A stretch of 64,000 bases of DNA from Eledone cirrhosa (taxonomy: Eukaryota), in assembly GCA_964016885.1 (NCBI GenBank), contig OZ024750.1, forward strand, positions 10,106,001 to 10,170,000. The letters are read 5' to 3'. The notes beneath the pieces were generated by a model that was given only the letters and a program-made list of their open reading frames with translations, searched no databases and was not told where the DNA came from. Of this stretch, positions 39,931 to 53,508 are shown piece by piece. Each line of letters begins with the position of its first letter. Position 1 is the first letter of the stretch. A program made the translations under genes and the position numbers.

Positions 39931-41721
39931 CAAGCAGGAAAAAGCAGACGTAAAATGATATATCGTATATATCATATATATACAGTATATAGTTCACTTT
40001 ACCCAAGATTACAAGATTACTTTCTCCTATTTGCTCAGTCAAACCTACACACACACTCACACAGAGAGAAGAGACACATACACCCATATAATGTATATAT
40101 TATATACTTGAATGTATAAGTGTAAGTGTGAAGATATTTTTTATTTGTGTTTATATTTGTGTGTGAGTGTGTGTGCATGTATGCATGTGTATGTGTGTGT
40201 GTATGTATGCATGCGTATGTGTGTGTGTATGTGTATGCATGTGTATGTGTGTGTGTGTGTATGTGTATATATGTGTGCATGTGTGTGTTTGTAAGTATGT
40301 TTTAATATATTTATTACAAACTTCAATATTTTTCCTTTTCCCCACCACCACACCAACAACATCATACAAGAAATATTTTTCTACATAAATTTATTTGACA
40401 CACCCTGGAAGATAATTCAAAACTCTAATATGAGGGGCAAATTCCTCTTTGTTTTTAATGAAATATTTCACCAGAGGGACCTTGATATGACTATAGGTTC
40501 AGAACTGAGCCCTAGACTTGTCTTATTTCTATAGGGTTCTCAATACACTAACCTAAAAGTACACTATCTAACCCTTTGGCTCAGTTCAATATGTTTCTGT
40601 ATATTTGTTTAAATAAAACATTTTCTTATTTTGTATTACACTGACTACTACATTCTAAATGGCCTTATTACCCCCCACCCCCTCCTCGAACTTAGTAACA
40701 CCTGGATTTACTTATATATATATATATATATATATATAATTAGAGTGGAATAGTCCACTATTATTTTGCATCAAGCTTAATGTATTATTAAAGTTGACAG
40801 TATGCAGGAATCCAAATTAAAAGTGTACTCCAAATATAACAATAGAGAAGCAATATCTTCTCTATTATACAACTTCCCCTTTAATGCTTATATTAACACT
40901 CTAGTCTTAGTTTATGCAAATCACTTGCTTTATATTCTTTACATGGTTTCTTTGCCTTTTGAAAGCTTAGCTTTATTTTTATATATTCAACATTTTTTTA
41001 TTCTTCTGGATGTGTTAAGTAACTCAATATATCTTTTTTTTTTTTTGAGATGAAATGGGGAATTTTGCTTGATTGTCATTTAAATTATTAATTATTAATT
41101 GTTTGATTGATTAATTGACTGATTATATGTACTGGCACTGTATTTATCTCCACAGGAACAATTGTAGAAATTAAAGATTGGATTTGAATAACAACCTTTG
41201 GTAATAACAACAATAACTAGTAAAACAGACAAGATGGTGGGGAACTTCATGTTCATACTATCTTACTGCACCCTATACAATGAACCACTGCATGTCAGGG
41301 TGCGCCAATATAGTCCTCAACAACACCAAATAGCTGTAGGGGTGAGATTTAAGGGATATGTGACCTACACACTGTCAATGTCCAGGACAGTTAACTCCCA
41401 TTGGCTCAGTGTCTAACTGTAAATAGGTACAACATAGTGATATAGTCATCTCTTTTCTTCACTTCCCATTTTCTCCCTTTATCTGTCTCTCTCTCTTTTT
41501 CTTCCTTTTTGTCCTCCCCGTCTTTCTCTTTTTTTCTCCTCTCTTCCTTTCTCCCTCTCTCCTTCTTCTGCCCTCCCCCTCTTTGTCCATGATAACCTTA
41601 TGCAGTCAATATATGCAGCTGCACAGTCACAAGGTATGAGTCACCAACAGAGATGACACTTGCTAGACTATGGTCAGAGACAAAGAGAGGGAGAAAGATA
41701 GGCAGATATATACATACACAC

Positions 41722-41763
<42 letters not shown>

Positions 41764-42005
41764 GAACCCTTCAAATCCTTAAAATCAATCAATTCTATTA
41801 GAAGCAATGAGAGTCTGTATTGATATTATGCCTGGCACACAAGTATGACAAATCAAAGTCATGTGACTGCAGAATAAAACAATGGAGTTATGTGTAAAAC
41901 TTCTCTTTCACTCTTCTTTTCTAATCTGTTGACACTTTATCTTTATAATATCTGCTGCATCAGTCATTTCTCTATTTCATTAGATTTACTGTCTGTATAG
42001 CATTT

Positions 42006-42192
42006 GGTGGATTGGCAGTATCGGTAGAGGGTCGGACGCCATGCTTTCCAGCATAGTTACGTCCCTTTACGATCTGAGTTCAAATCCCGCCGAGGTTGAC
42101 TTTGCCTTTCATCCTTACGGGGTCGAAAAAATAAAGTACCAGTAATGCACTGGGTAATTGCTGGCCTTGTGCCTAAAGTAGAAACAATTATT
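42006..42192 (+). mobile_element. SINE family B copy
   Basis: Matches family B consensus. Confidence 0.85.
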
Positions 42193-42198
42193 TAATGA

Positions 42199-42230
<32 letters not shown>

Positions 42231-42259
42231 TCTTACACACATACAAATATATGCTCATA

Positions 42260-42770
42260 CACACATTTGTCATCTCGTCTGCAAATCTCAGCAATTTGAG
42301 ATCAGCTCTCACAACCTCCTCTGCCCAGGTCTTCCTTGGTCTACCTTGGATTCCCTGACATTTCTTCACCCATCAGTCATCATCCATACACATCACATGT
42401 CCATACCAATGCAGTTTTCTCTCTTGCACACCTCATCAGATTCCTCTTAAACCCAGTTTCCCCTCAGTTCATCCAAACTCTACCTTTCTCTCACATTTAC
42501 ATTGCACATCCAAAATGAAGCATGGTTGCTTCATTTTTCTCCAGCTTACACATGTCTTCTGCAGTCACAGCCCATGTTTCATTACTATGCAGCATCACAC
42601 TTCACACGCAGTCATCCGTTTGAATGTAGGGAAGAACCTTTTCATGTCAACAGTGGGAGTAGCTCTTTAAACTTCTTCCATTCTATCCTTATTCTAGCTA
42701 TTATACTCTTGGAGCAACCTCCTCTGCTGATAATTAGGTAACCTAGATAGCAGAAGCTATCAACCATTTC
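42260..42770 (-). mobile_element. Degenerate RTE LINE 3' fragment
   Basis: Remnants of [27 protein letters not shown]. Confidence 0.75.
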
Positions 42771-42776
42771 ATCATT

Positions 42777-42966
42777 AGTGGATTGGCAGTACCAGTAGAG
42801 GGTCGGACGCCATGCTTTGCAGCACAGAGTTATGGCCCTTTACGGTCTGAGTTCAAATCCCGCCGAGGTTAACTTTGCCTTTCATCCTTACTGGGTCGAT
42901 AAAATAAAGCACCAGTAATGCACTGAGATAATTGCTGGCCTTGTGCCAAAAGTAAAACAATTATTA
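42777..42966 (+). mobile_element. SINE family B copy
   Basis: Matches family B consensus. Confidence 0.85.
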
Positions 42967-43479
42967 AATGGACATCCTAGTGATGGTCATATTCCTAAGT
43001 TTAGGGACATGTTTATGAATCTAGTTGATTGAAACAACATCAGTAAATTACTGATATATATTTCATGAATAAGAGAAAATAAAGTCATCTCCAGTAGAAT
43101 TTTAACTTAGAAACAACAGATGTCTACCTAAATACTACAACACACCAGTATGTTATTTTATAAAGGTTATCTGAATGATTCATATGTAAGAAATCTGAGT
43201 GTAAAGAAGACAACTATTTGCAGTGTATTTGACAAGTCTTTAATGACAATACATTGGAAGCCATTTATAATCACAGATCATGTTATGAAATAGTTATTGT
43301 TATCATAAGTGGCTCCCAAATATATTCAGAATATTGTTATATCTCTTGCTTAATGTTATAAGCTGGCTATTGTTATCTAAGTGGATCTGTTCCAAAGAGA
43401 TCACAATAAGTTGCTTCATCGAGATATTATGGCTACATAACTGATAAAGAAAGTTTCAGATTTATTTCATAAAATATTG

Positions 43480-43680
43480 TTGGGTGAAGAAGTGTCAGGA
43501 AATGCCAGTGGAAAGAAGTTTCAGTAAAGGTAGGCTGAGAAAGATTTGGGCAGAGGTTGGTGAAAGCTGAGCTCAAATTGCTGAGAGACACAGAGTGGAA
43601 AGATGCCGTGCTGAGAAAGACCTGACCAGCCCATGCAAGCATGGAAAAATGGACGTAAAAATGATGATGATGATGATGAT
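43480..43680 (+). mobile_element. Degenerate RTE LINE 3' end
   Basis: [11 protein letters not shown] remnant and CCATGCAAGCATGGAAAAATGGACGTAAAA(ATG)n tail. Confidence 0.7.
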
Positions 43681-45707
43681 GGTTTCACAATCAAGATGTA
43701 ACATGCTACAATGGCTGCTTGTTAAAAATGCTATAACAGTTTGTTATATAATCCTTTGAATACAGAATGATTGCTGGTTAATGATTGCTTGTTAGAGTTA
43801 TGTTATCAAAGATTGAGAACATTTCTGAGAATTATTTTGTAAAATCTAGTTTGATAATCTTTATATAACAATGTACAGTGGTGGTTTAGTAAAAGAGCTG
43901 CCATTTTCAGTTGATTATATAATTCCTTAAATACATTACATCTGCTTAGTAATTATTGCAAACTACTGTTGCTATGGCTACTAGATAATGGTTGCATACT
44001 ACTTCCATATTATCAAAGACGAGGAAATTTTCAGTGATTTATTTTGTAAAATGTACTTTCATAATCTCTATGTAATAAGGTACAATGGCTGCTTATTAAA
44101 AGAACTAATATTTTCAATGAATTTGGCTGTTTATCTCTTAATGATTCAATGAGTGATTCTAAAGCTAATAAAATCAATTAATGGCTAGAAAAGAAGTTTC
44201 ATTACCACTGTTTAATGTCTATTTTTCTATGCTAGCATGGGTTAAGACGAGTTGTCCCATTGTGAGACAAGTCAAATTAGATGATCATGTCTTGCTCATA
44301 CAGAACTTTCCTGTAAGCTCATGGTGCTTATTGTTCTTGTGATCTACCACATATAAAACCTATGTTCCTTGCTAGCCTGTCATTGGTAATTTTTCCAGGT
44401 AGTCTCTTGTTGATTTTTTAAAAACCAGAATTAATCGTTTAGTTTACATATTGAGACCCCCTAACCTATCCTATTTATTTTATAACGTATAAGATTTCTA
44501 GTAATGTTCTTTTTTTGTTTGTCATGAGTAATGTTTTTTTAATGTATAAAGAAAATTAATTGTTGCAGGAATGCTACCACTTAAAATAATATTTCACCAG
44601 AGATAGATTAACAAAATTTAATAAGCAAGCAAGAGGGTAGAATAAGAGCGGGGGTGTGTGAAAGAAATCTGAAAAAATTAATAAGCGTGGGAGACGGAGT
44701 TGATTATTTGAGACCCAGTACAATGGTTGATTGTGAATAGAGCGGCCATTTTCAGTAAATTTCATTGGTTATCTCTTAAAGATGTAATGACTGCATGTTT
44801 GTAAAGTTGTTCAAACCAGACGATGGCTAAAAGTTTCAATGACTTATATATATATTCTGGTTTTATATTGTTTGTTGTACTTTAAAATGAGATGTTGAGA
44901 GTAGTTTTGTTGGTGTAGGAAACTAATGATAGAAAATATAACGTAGGAGTGAGAATATATCAGAAGTTAAGTTAAGTATGTAAGTCAGCAGCTGTAAGGA
45001 ATTGTTTAGAAGGAGAAGTTGAAGGAGAAATCAAAAACAGTAAACTGTTGTTAGAAATTAAGGGCTTGATGGTTGTTAATTCTTCTTGTTGTTGTTGCTG
45101 TTGTTGTTGTCATTCTTGTTTCAACTACTGTTGTTGTTGTTTCAACTACTGTTGTTGCTGCTGAAAATACTGTTTGCTGTTACTGTTGTTACAACAACTG
45201 TTTGCTGTTGCTGTTGTTTCTGCTGTTGATGCTGTTGTTGCTGCTGTTGCTCCTGCTGGTGCTGTTGCTGGGGCTGTTGCTGTTGTATCAGTCAATACTG
45301 CAGCCATCACCAACAATGACTGACACTACCATAACTATTGTATCTGTCATTGATGTTATTGTAACTGTCCCATCTTTTGATATCCCTTCACAATTCTCTA
45401 CTTACCACCTGCCATAACAACATCAACCCTAAACCAACAAAGAAGCATCTACATGGCTGCTCTACCTGCTAATCAACACAATGTTTAGATGGAGTATATA
45501 TATACCAACCAACCTCATTTTACCATCAAGGTTTTGGTCACATATTCCTTTGTATATACAGTAAATAAGGAAAGGATACACTGAATAATGTAGCTTCACA
45601 TGCTAGTCATATGTACCTCCACTGCAGATACTTCCATAGATACATACATGTACTTCCATCAAGGAGAGAGAGAACATTGGTAAAAGCACCAGCCCATATG
45701 TGACAGC

Positions 45708-45920
45708 ATTGGCAGTATTGGTAGAGGGTTGGACGCCATGCTTTGCACCATAGAGTTACGGCCTTTTACGATCTGAATTCAAATCCCACCGAGGTTAATT
45801 TTGCCTCTCATCCTTACGAGATCGATAAAATAAAGTACCAATCACGCACTAGGGTCGATTTAATCGACTGTCCCCTCCCTCAAAATTGCTGGCCTTGTGC
45901 CTATATACGAAACCATTATT
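45708..45920 (+). mobile_element. SINE family B copy (long variant)
   Basis: Matches consensus with an extra GGGTCGATTTAATCGACTGTCCCCTCCC segment. Confidence 0.85.
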
Positions 45921-46061
45921 TTATACAAGTGTGAATAAGGACAGTTTTCATTTAATATGTTCCTTAATTTGGGGCTAAACAACAATAAAAAATATCACCA
46001 ATAATTCGTACTAGCCCCAGTAATAGCTACCATAACCATTTCCATCTTTAGAAACCAAAAC

Positions 46062-46420
46062 ATCACCATCAACACCACCACCACCCATCATAACACCATC
46101 ACCAACATCAACACCACCACCACCCATCATAACACCATCACCAACATCAACACCACCACCACCCATCATAACACCATCACCAACATCAACACCACCACCA
46201 CCCATCATAACACCATCACCAACATCAACACCACCACCACCCATCATAACACCATCACCAACATCAACACCACCACCACCCATCATAACACCATCACCAA
46301 CATCAACACCACCACCACCCATCATAACACCATCACCAACATCAACACCACCACCACCCATCATAACACCATCACCAACATCAACATCACCAACACAGCT
46401 TAACACCATCACCAACATCA
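46062..46420. repeat. 39-bp minisatellite (~8 near-perfect copies)
   Basis: CATCACCAACATCAACACCACCACCACCCATCATAACAC unit. Confidence 0.95.
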
Positions 46421-46702
46421 TCATCACCAAGTCCGCTTAACCAAGTTATTAATCTATTCTAGGCAGTACTCATTGAGTACAAAGTCTGTGAGGAAATACT
46501 CAAAGTGGATACTCAACTAATTAGTGTGGTCTTTGAGTGTTTGTTTCCTGTTGCAGCTACTGCACTGTTGTTGACACAACAGGATGTTTGTCTCGCTTTC
46601 TCTCTTTCCTCCCTCTCTCTTTCAGTCTCTGTCCTTATATCTGTATATATATTATTGGTCTATCTATTCATCTCTCTCTCTCTGTCTATATATATATATA
46701 TA

Positions 46703-46940
46703 GTATGGACATGTGATGCGCATGGAGGATGACCGATGGGTGAAGAAGTGCCAGGAAATGCCAGTTGAAGGAAGACGTAGTAGAGGTAGACCACGAAAAA
46801 CATGGGCGGATGTGGTGAGAGCAGACCTCAGATCGCTGAAGCTCACAGTCGAGATGACGAAGGACCGTGACAAGTGGAGAGATGCTGTGCTGAATAGGAC
46901 CCGTCCCACCCTTGCAAGCAGGGAAAAGTGGACGTAAAAT
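46703..46940 (+). mobile_element. RTE LINE 3' fragment (same family as 34768-36218)
   Basis: Near-identical C-terminus [21 protein letters not shown]...[10 protein letters not shown] and (ATG)n tail. Confidence 0.92.
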
Positions 46941-48620
46941 GATGATGATGATGATGATGATATATATACACACACACACATACACACAAACATGCCCCTA
47001 CTACATATACATGCCAGTATAAGAAGGGAGTCTGAATGGAAACATCATCACCATTTTCCATCAATTTCCCATGCACTACCAGTTTACAGAGTGGGCTGGG
47101 TGTATTTTATCATGGCATCAGCACAAGCATGACAAAAAAGTAGTCACTACTCTACAATGTCTCCCTTCAATGAAGACAACACCCAGCCTTACATATCTAA
47201 ACTTATTTACAATTCATCTCTCTACACACATGCTGTCTCAGTGCTTTAGTTATTTTTATTTACTGTATTGTTAGATCCCAAAGGATTTAGATAGATCCAA
47301 GCTAGATAATCCATAAAATGGTGCAACTATACCAATGTGAAACTTAATAAGAGATTAAGAGATATATAAGTAATGACCAGTGATTATTTTACTATTCTAA
47401 TTAACTCTCTTAAATGTCACTGAAATGATAATCCTTATGCATTTAGAAATTAAATCTTTCAATGTTAGTTACAGTTAGGTATTTATAGATTTATTTATTA
47501 AATATTGGCAACACTTTTAACCCTTTTTGCTAAATCAATAATCCCTTGGCACCCTTTTAAAAAATATCTATTGTCTATACTCATGTGATGAAAGCATATA
47601 GCAGGGAGGAAGTTTTAAAATTGAAATAGAAGACTTCGCTGTAATATTTGACTAAATAGAATAGTCAAGTAACGGTGTATAAACTCACTGAATGACAAAA
47701 GATGGAAGATGGGTGTTAGCACACATATTCATTAACATTTTATCAGATAAGGTTTTATGTTGGAAAGACTTTCATAATTTTGCCACTACCCATATATTGG
47801 GGGACCACTGGGCTGTATATTATAATTGATGTTTAGCCCAAGGTCAGCTATGATTGGGTAAATCTACGAGATTTTCCAGCTATGATGACTCAGTCTTGTT
47901 TTTAGGAATATTGTATATATTAGAGATAACTCCAGTAAGATCAGTTGATCTAAAGTTTTTGATATTGTTTTTGATATTGAGTACCATTACCATGTAATGA
48001 AAAGTGACATTTGGTCTGCCCATACTCAATCATTCCACCATCACTCGACATTTGGCCTGCCTATACTCAAACTTTCCACTATCACTCAACATTAATATTC
48101 CCATCATCACTATAGCCATATTTCCCCCACCATCAAACATCTAGACTTCACTTATCTCTCACAAGGCTGGATGTCTATTCTGCCCACATTACACCATTAT
48201 CACCCACTGTTAAACTATAACCCTATCATTCTCTCTCATCCACGACTCTTGGGTGACATCTATCACTAGGTGTCACCCATTCCTTGAGCTCTCCTCTCTT
48301 TCCAGTCAGTAAAACACATCTTCATATAAATTTGTTGGAAGAGAATATAGAAAACTTATTTTTGAGATGTAATTTCATGCTGAGTTCTGTCAAATTCACA
48401 CCCTGATTAAAACATGGGCTGGCATTTGAAAAGGTTAAATTAAATGGGAGAATGTTTTCAGAAAAACTACAATTTGAAAAGAGAATAAAATAAATTATAG
48501 ACACAATCTAGTTACACATAAACACCTCCAACATTGAGATGACAGCAACAGCAACAAAATGTAGTAGACATTAATTTAATATCATACGAAATGTTAGTGC
48601 TGGGTTTGTCAGAAACAGAA

Positions 48621-48860
48621 TTAACCATTTAGTTACCAACCCATCCTAAACCGGCTCTGGTTCTATGAAATAAAACCACCCATTTTAAAGTTTTTCAATT
48701 TAAATAAAAATTTTCCAATATAATTTTATATAAGAACCTTACATTAAGTTACTATCTTAGTAATGAAATAATTAATAATTTTAGTCAATCCCTCAAAATT
48801 CTTCATTAATCAATTAAAATAGAATATATTTCATTAGAAATACAGTCATGAAAGGGTTAA
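48621..48860. mobile_element. piggyBac-type MITE
   Basis: TTAA|CCATTT ... AAAGGG|TTAA; reverse homolog of 9093-9312. Confidence 0.75.
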
Positions 48861-49766
48861 TTTGACTTGCAGCCTATATTTTACTAACTACTACAGCCAC
48901 CACTCACAAATGAGTATAACTTGGTAATGTGTACCATACTTTTGTTAAGGGTTTTCAAGGTCCACACAATTAACTTTCCCTCCCTTGATCAGGAACAAAT
49001 ATCCAATGTTTTAACAGTTCTACCACCTCAACTGCTTATCTATGAAACCACCACCACCACCACTACCACTACTATTACTACCACCACCACCACCACCACC
49101 ACCACCACCACCACCACCACCACTACTACTACTACCACTACTACTATAGCTACCACCAACAGATGAGTACGACTTGGTATTGTGTACCATACTTAAGGGT
49201 TTTCGGAACTCAAGCAGTCAACTCTAACAACTCTACTAACTCAACTACCTACCTATTCTACTAAGTACTGCTACAGTCCTGATGAATGTGTAGGCAACAC
49301 TACCCCAGATATTTCCTTTAGTACTTTTACTAATGAGAACTAGTAGCCTGTTATTTGTAAAACTGTGAGCTTCATAATGATACTTCTTATACATTAGTAT
49401 TATAATTTGACCGAGGAAAAGGAGGAGTAGTAAGAGTTGACTTTTATTTTCCTGAAGAATAGGTGGTTGTTTCACTGTAATGGTCACCAGTGACATTTAT
49501 GTTGACTTTCTGATAAATGGAATGTGAATAGCAGCAAAAAAAAAAAGAGTTCAGTTGGGGTGTGGCAGTTAAGAAGTCTATATTGGTTATGTTTTGTGAT
49601 ATTTAGAGTTGTAATGAGTTGAGAAGATTGTGTTACATTTCAGAGAACTTAGGCAGCAGTGAAGCTGCTTTTCTTTCTTTTTTTTTCTCCATGGCAGTTA
49701 TTTTAGAATGTTTTAGTTGGTAACATGTTAGAAAGTTAGTTTATACATACATACACACACACACAT

Positions 49767-49797
<31 letters not shown>

Positions 49798-49809
49798 CAT
49801 ATATATATG

Positions 49810-50520
49810 ATGAGTAGAAAAGAGGACAAAACTCTGATTCCATCAGGGAAATGCCCATGTTCGATATGCAGAAAAGGAACTGGCATAAATTCTATAAAAT
49901 GTACACAATGCAGATCTTGGGTACACAAGAGATGTAGTGGGATAGCAGGCAAACTAACAGGTAGGGACAAATACGTATGCAGTAGATGTACAGGGAAATT
50001 TGACAGTAGAAGTCGCATTGATAGACACATTTTTCAAATGCAGGTGGGTGCTATAGAAGTGGTTGATAGCTTCCGGTACCTAGGTGATCAGATTAGCATG
50101 GGAGGGGGGGGGGGGTGTTCTGAGGCCATAGTATCTAGAATAAGGACGGGTTGGAAGAAGTTTAGGGAGCTGCTTCCTCTGCTGACGAAGAAGGATTTCT
50201 CCCTGCGTACGAAAAGCCGGTTATATGATGCCTGTGTGAGGTGCGCGATGCTGCATGGTAGTGAGACATGGACAACAACTGAAGAGGATATGCGACGGCT
50301 GGAGAGAAATGAGGCAAGCATGCTCCATTGGATGTGCAATGTCAATGTGCGTGAACGACCAAGCATGGAATAGTTGAGAGAGAAATTGTGTCTGAGAGGG
50401 ATAGATTGTAGTGTGTGGGAGAGGAGACTGCGATGGTATGGACATGTGATGCGCATGGAGGATGACTGATGGGTGAAGAAGTGCCAAGAAAGGCCAGTTG
50501 AAGTAAGACGCAGTAGAGGA
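49810..50520 (+). mobile_element. RTE LINE internal fragment (same family), degenerate
   Basis: SRKEDKTLIPSGK...PHD-like finger...[11 protein letters not shown]; in-frame stops from 50371. Confidence 0.92.
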
Positions 50521-51747
50521 GGACAGTTTTTATGGGCAAAAACCAACCAGCAGGAGGCCCATGGGTAGACCTTGAACAAGATGGTTGGATAACATCCATG
50601 AGCTTGACTGGTCTCACTTGGGGATTGAGCCGGATCAGTTAGAGATAGTTGCTTCTGACAGGATCCACTGGAAGAAGTGTTTGAGGGAGTTTGCATCTTG
50701 CTTACATATGGCCCCACACTCTCCCAAGTACATTTTATCATAGCACCAGTCAAGATAGGTTGTCATGTCTTTGACACAACTGAAGGAGTCTTCCAAGTAT
50801 TTGTTTGTCAAGCTTTTTACAGCTGGATGCCCTTTATTTTGCCAACCACTTTACAGCATGTACTGGGTGCATTTATCATGTAGATCTCCAACACTAGGGA
50901 TGTTGTCATGTTTTTAACACAACTAAAGGGTTCTCCCACCCTTCAAAAAGCTGAGTCAGTTTCTTTGCTCTACCACAGACAGACTTTTGCTCACTTCCAA
51001 GCTGGCCAGGCAGTTTTGACCCTGTTCAACCAACTTAAACACATCATAATTATATTTGACATCATCTGAAAAACCTTTCCATTGTCCATTACTACACATG
51101 ATTTCAGAGTAAACCATGCAATCAATAAAAACATTAAATTACTGTTGGCTTGTTCAATTGTAAATTTATATCAATATGATTGCAGAAAATCATCTTCTCC
51201 ACAGCAACATCACCACCACAAATGACTACAACTATTGGTTTCATTGACCATGGCAGGACTTCACAACAATTCTCTCAACTCACTGAGATACACTTCATTG
51301 ACTTGCCATGGACTCGACCAATAATCCACTCACACTCACTGAGACACACTCCACTCATATATATCATCATCATCATCGTTTAACATCCATGTTCCATGCT
51401 TGCATGGGTTTGGACAGGAGTTTTCCCACTTGAGGCAAGAGTGATTGTCTTGCTCGCATAGGACTGTCTGGCTGGTTTTCTACAGCTGGATGCCCTTCCT
51501 AACACCAACCACATTTACAGTGTGGGACTGGGAGGTTTTTACCGTGTTGCCTACACGGCCACATTACAGCGTGGACTGTGTGTTTTTTTGTCGTGACACC
51601 TACACGATCTCATTTGTTTCGGCCTGGATGATGTGGCACAAACATAACTTTACATTGAAAGGGGCGGTGTGGATGGGATGGGGGTGGTGGGACGGGGGTG
51701 TATTTTGTTAGAGATGCCTACTGACTGTAGTAGGTTTTACTTTGTAT

Positions 51748-52702
51748 TTAGGTAAGGCGGGTCTTCTCTATTACTGAGTACCGCCAAAGGTCTCGGTCCA
51801 GTGACATTGTCTTGGAGAGGTGTAAGTGTGTGAGGTCGGAATTTATCAGGTTGTCCCAGGTTTTTCTGGGTCTGCCTACTCCGTGGCTACCGTCTATCTT
51901 TATTGCCCTGCACTTTTTTATACAGCTGTCGTCTTTCATGCGCATCACGTGACCATACCAACGTAGCCTTCTCTAGAGTAAACAACATCTGATCCCTCTT
52001 ATTTCTAATTTTTCCCTTAGTTCGTTTATGCTTTGCCGTTCACGTATATTACTATTACACATCCAGCGGAGCATGCAAGCTTCGTTCCTCTCTAGTCTGC
52101 GTATATCCTCTGCACACAATGCCCAGGTCTCACTGCCATGCAACATTGCTGTTCGTATGCAGGCATCATACAGCCTGCCTTTCATTTTTAGGGAGAACCC
52201 TTTAGCGGCTAATAGTGGTATAAGCTCTCTGAACTTTTTCCATCCAGTTCTGACTCTAGCTACTGTACTTTCAGAGCACCCTCCCCCACTGCTGATTTTG
52301 TCACCCAGGTAACGGAAGCTGTCCACTATTTCTATAGAACCATTTGTGCAATGGAATGAGCTAGTATTCTGTGGGCACTTGTTGCTACTTATTGCACCAG
52401 AGCACCGGCCACATGTAAAATCTATGTTCTTAGTTAGCTTACCTGTGATCCCACTACATCTTTTATGCACCCATACTTTGCATTTGGGACATAAAATGGA
52501 GTTTCTACCTACGCCTTTCCTACACACTGAGCATGGCCATTTCCCGGAAGGGACCGGCGCCTTATTTTCTTTCCTACAAACTAGAACTTTAGTCTTAGCC
52601 AGGTTAATTTTAAGGCCTTTTGATTCTAGGCCGTGCTTCCATGTTTGGAATTTCTTCTCTAGCTCGGCCATTGATTCAGCTATGAGCGTTAGATCATCTG
52701 CG
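51748..52702 (-). mobile_element. RTE LINE, diverged subfamily, 5'-truncated at the YADD motif
   Basis: YADDL at the 5' junction, PHD-like finger, [21 protein letters not shown]; one stop at 51973. Confidence 0.92.
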
Positions 52703-52772
52703 TATATATATATATATATATATATATATCAATGATATTAATACATGGAAACTATCTTTATAAAACCGTATT

Positions 52773-52833
52773 TATTTTATTATATATATTTCAAGGGTAC
52801 CAAAATTTTGGTACGCTCTCATCAGATAAAATA
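52773..52833 (-). ncRNA. Minimal type I hammerhead ribozyme, intact core (Penelope-like pLTR fragment 52735-52975)
   Basis: Minus strand: UAUUUUAU-CUGAUGA-GAGCGUACCAAAAUUUUGGUACCCUU-GAA-AUAUAUAU-A-AUAAAAUA; 8-bp stem I, long stem II, palindromic stem-loop III, AUA cleavage triplet. Confidence 0.75.
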
Positions 52834-53285
52834 CAAAACTTGTTTTTAGATATTGACATATTGACATATCTAAAAACAAGAATATCGTTTTAAGTTCATT
52901 TTGGATAGTTATAAATTTCGAATCTGTTATAAATAAATTTGTTGAATAACCAACAAATTAAATATCTCTTTGCTTATATATATATATATATGCCTGTACT
53001 AAAGGTTACAGCCATCTCCATTCTAAGAAGTGTATGAAGACAGAGGCAAACATACACCTACATACATAGACACGGTGGTGCAAGTTTTTGTGGTCAATAT
53101 GTAATATTTGTATGGAAGAAATCGATATAAATTTGGAAGAAATCAATAAATAACCGCCACATACACTAAGATTGTATTTGACTTAATTCAGCTGCACTTT
53201 GTCAATTATTTTGAGGGTGCTGAGTTTACCATTTTCTTTCTTGCTTTTTCTTTTCCGGTGTGCTACCAAATAATCTTACTTTGGA

Positions 53286-53508
53286 ACATGCTGCAAAGAA
53301 CTTTTTTTTCTCCGGGAAATGGAAGGGGACCCCTCCCACAAATTTTCTTTATCTCCTAACCCTAAACCCAACTCTAACTCCAACCCTAGCCACAACCCTA
53401 ACCCCAACCCTATCTTGGCCCTAACCCTAACCTGCGGGAGGTGGGTGAAAAGTCCTAGGTTCTCTCCATCTCCGTTTTCCGAGGTAAAAAATTTTCTTTG
53501 CAGCATGT
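53286..53508. mobile_element. Inverted-repeat element with degenerate (TAACCC)n core
   Basis: Perfect 15-bp IR ACATGCTGCAAAGAA / TTCTTTGCAGCATGT extending imperfectly inward; telomere-like hexamers ~53355-53431. Confidence 0.55.

Noticed and set aside
46011-46430. DVGDGVMMGGGGV repeat protein
   Set aside because: Simply the 39-bp minisatellite read in one frame; no splice or promoter support.
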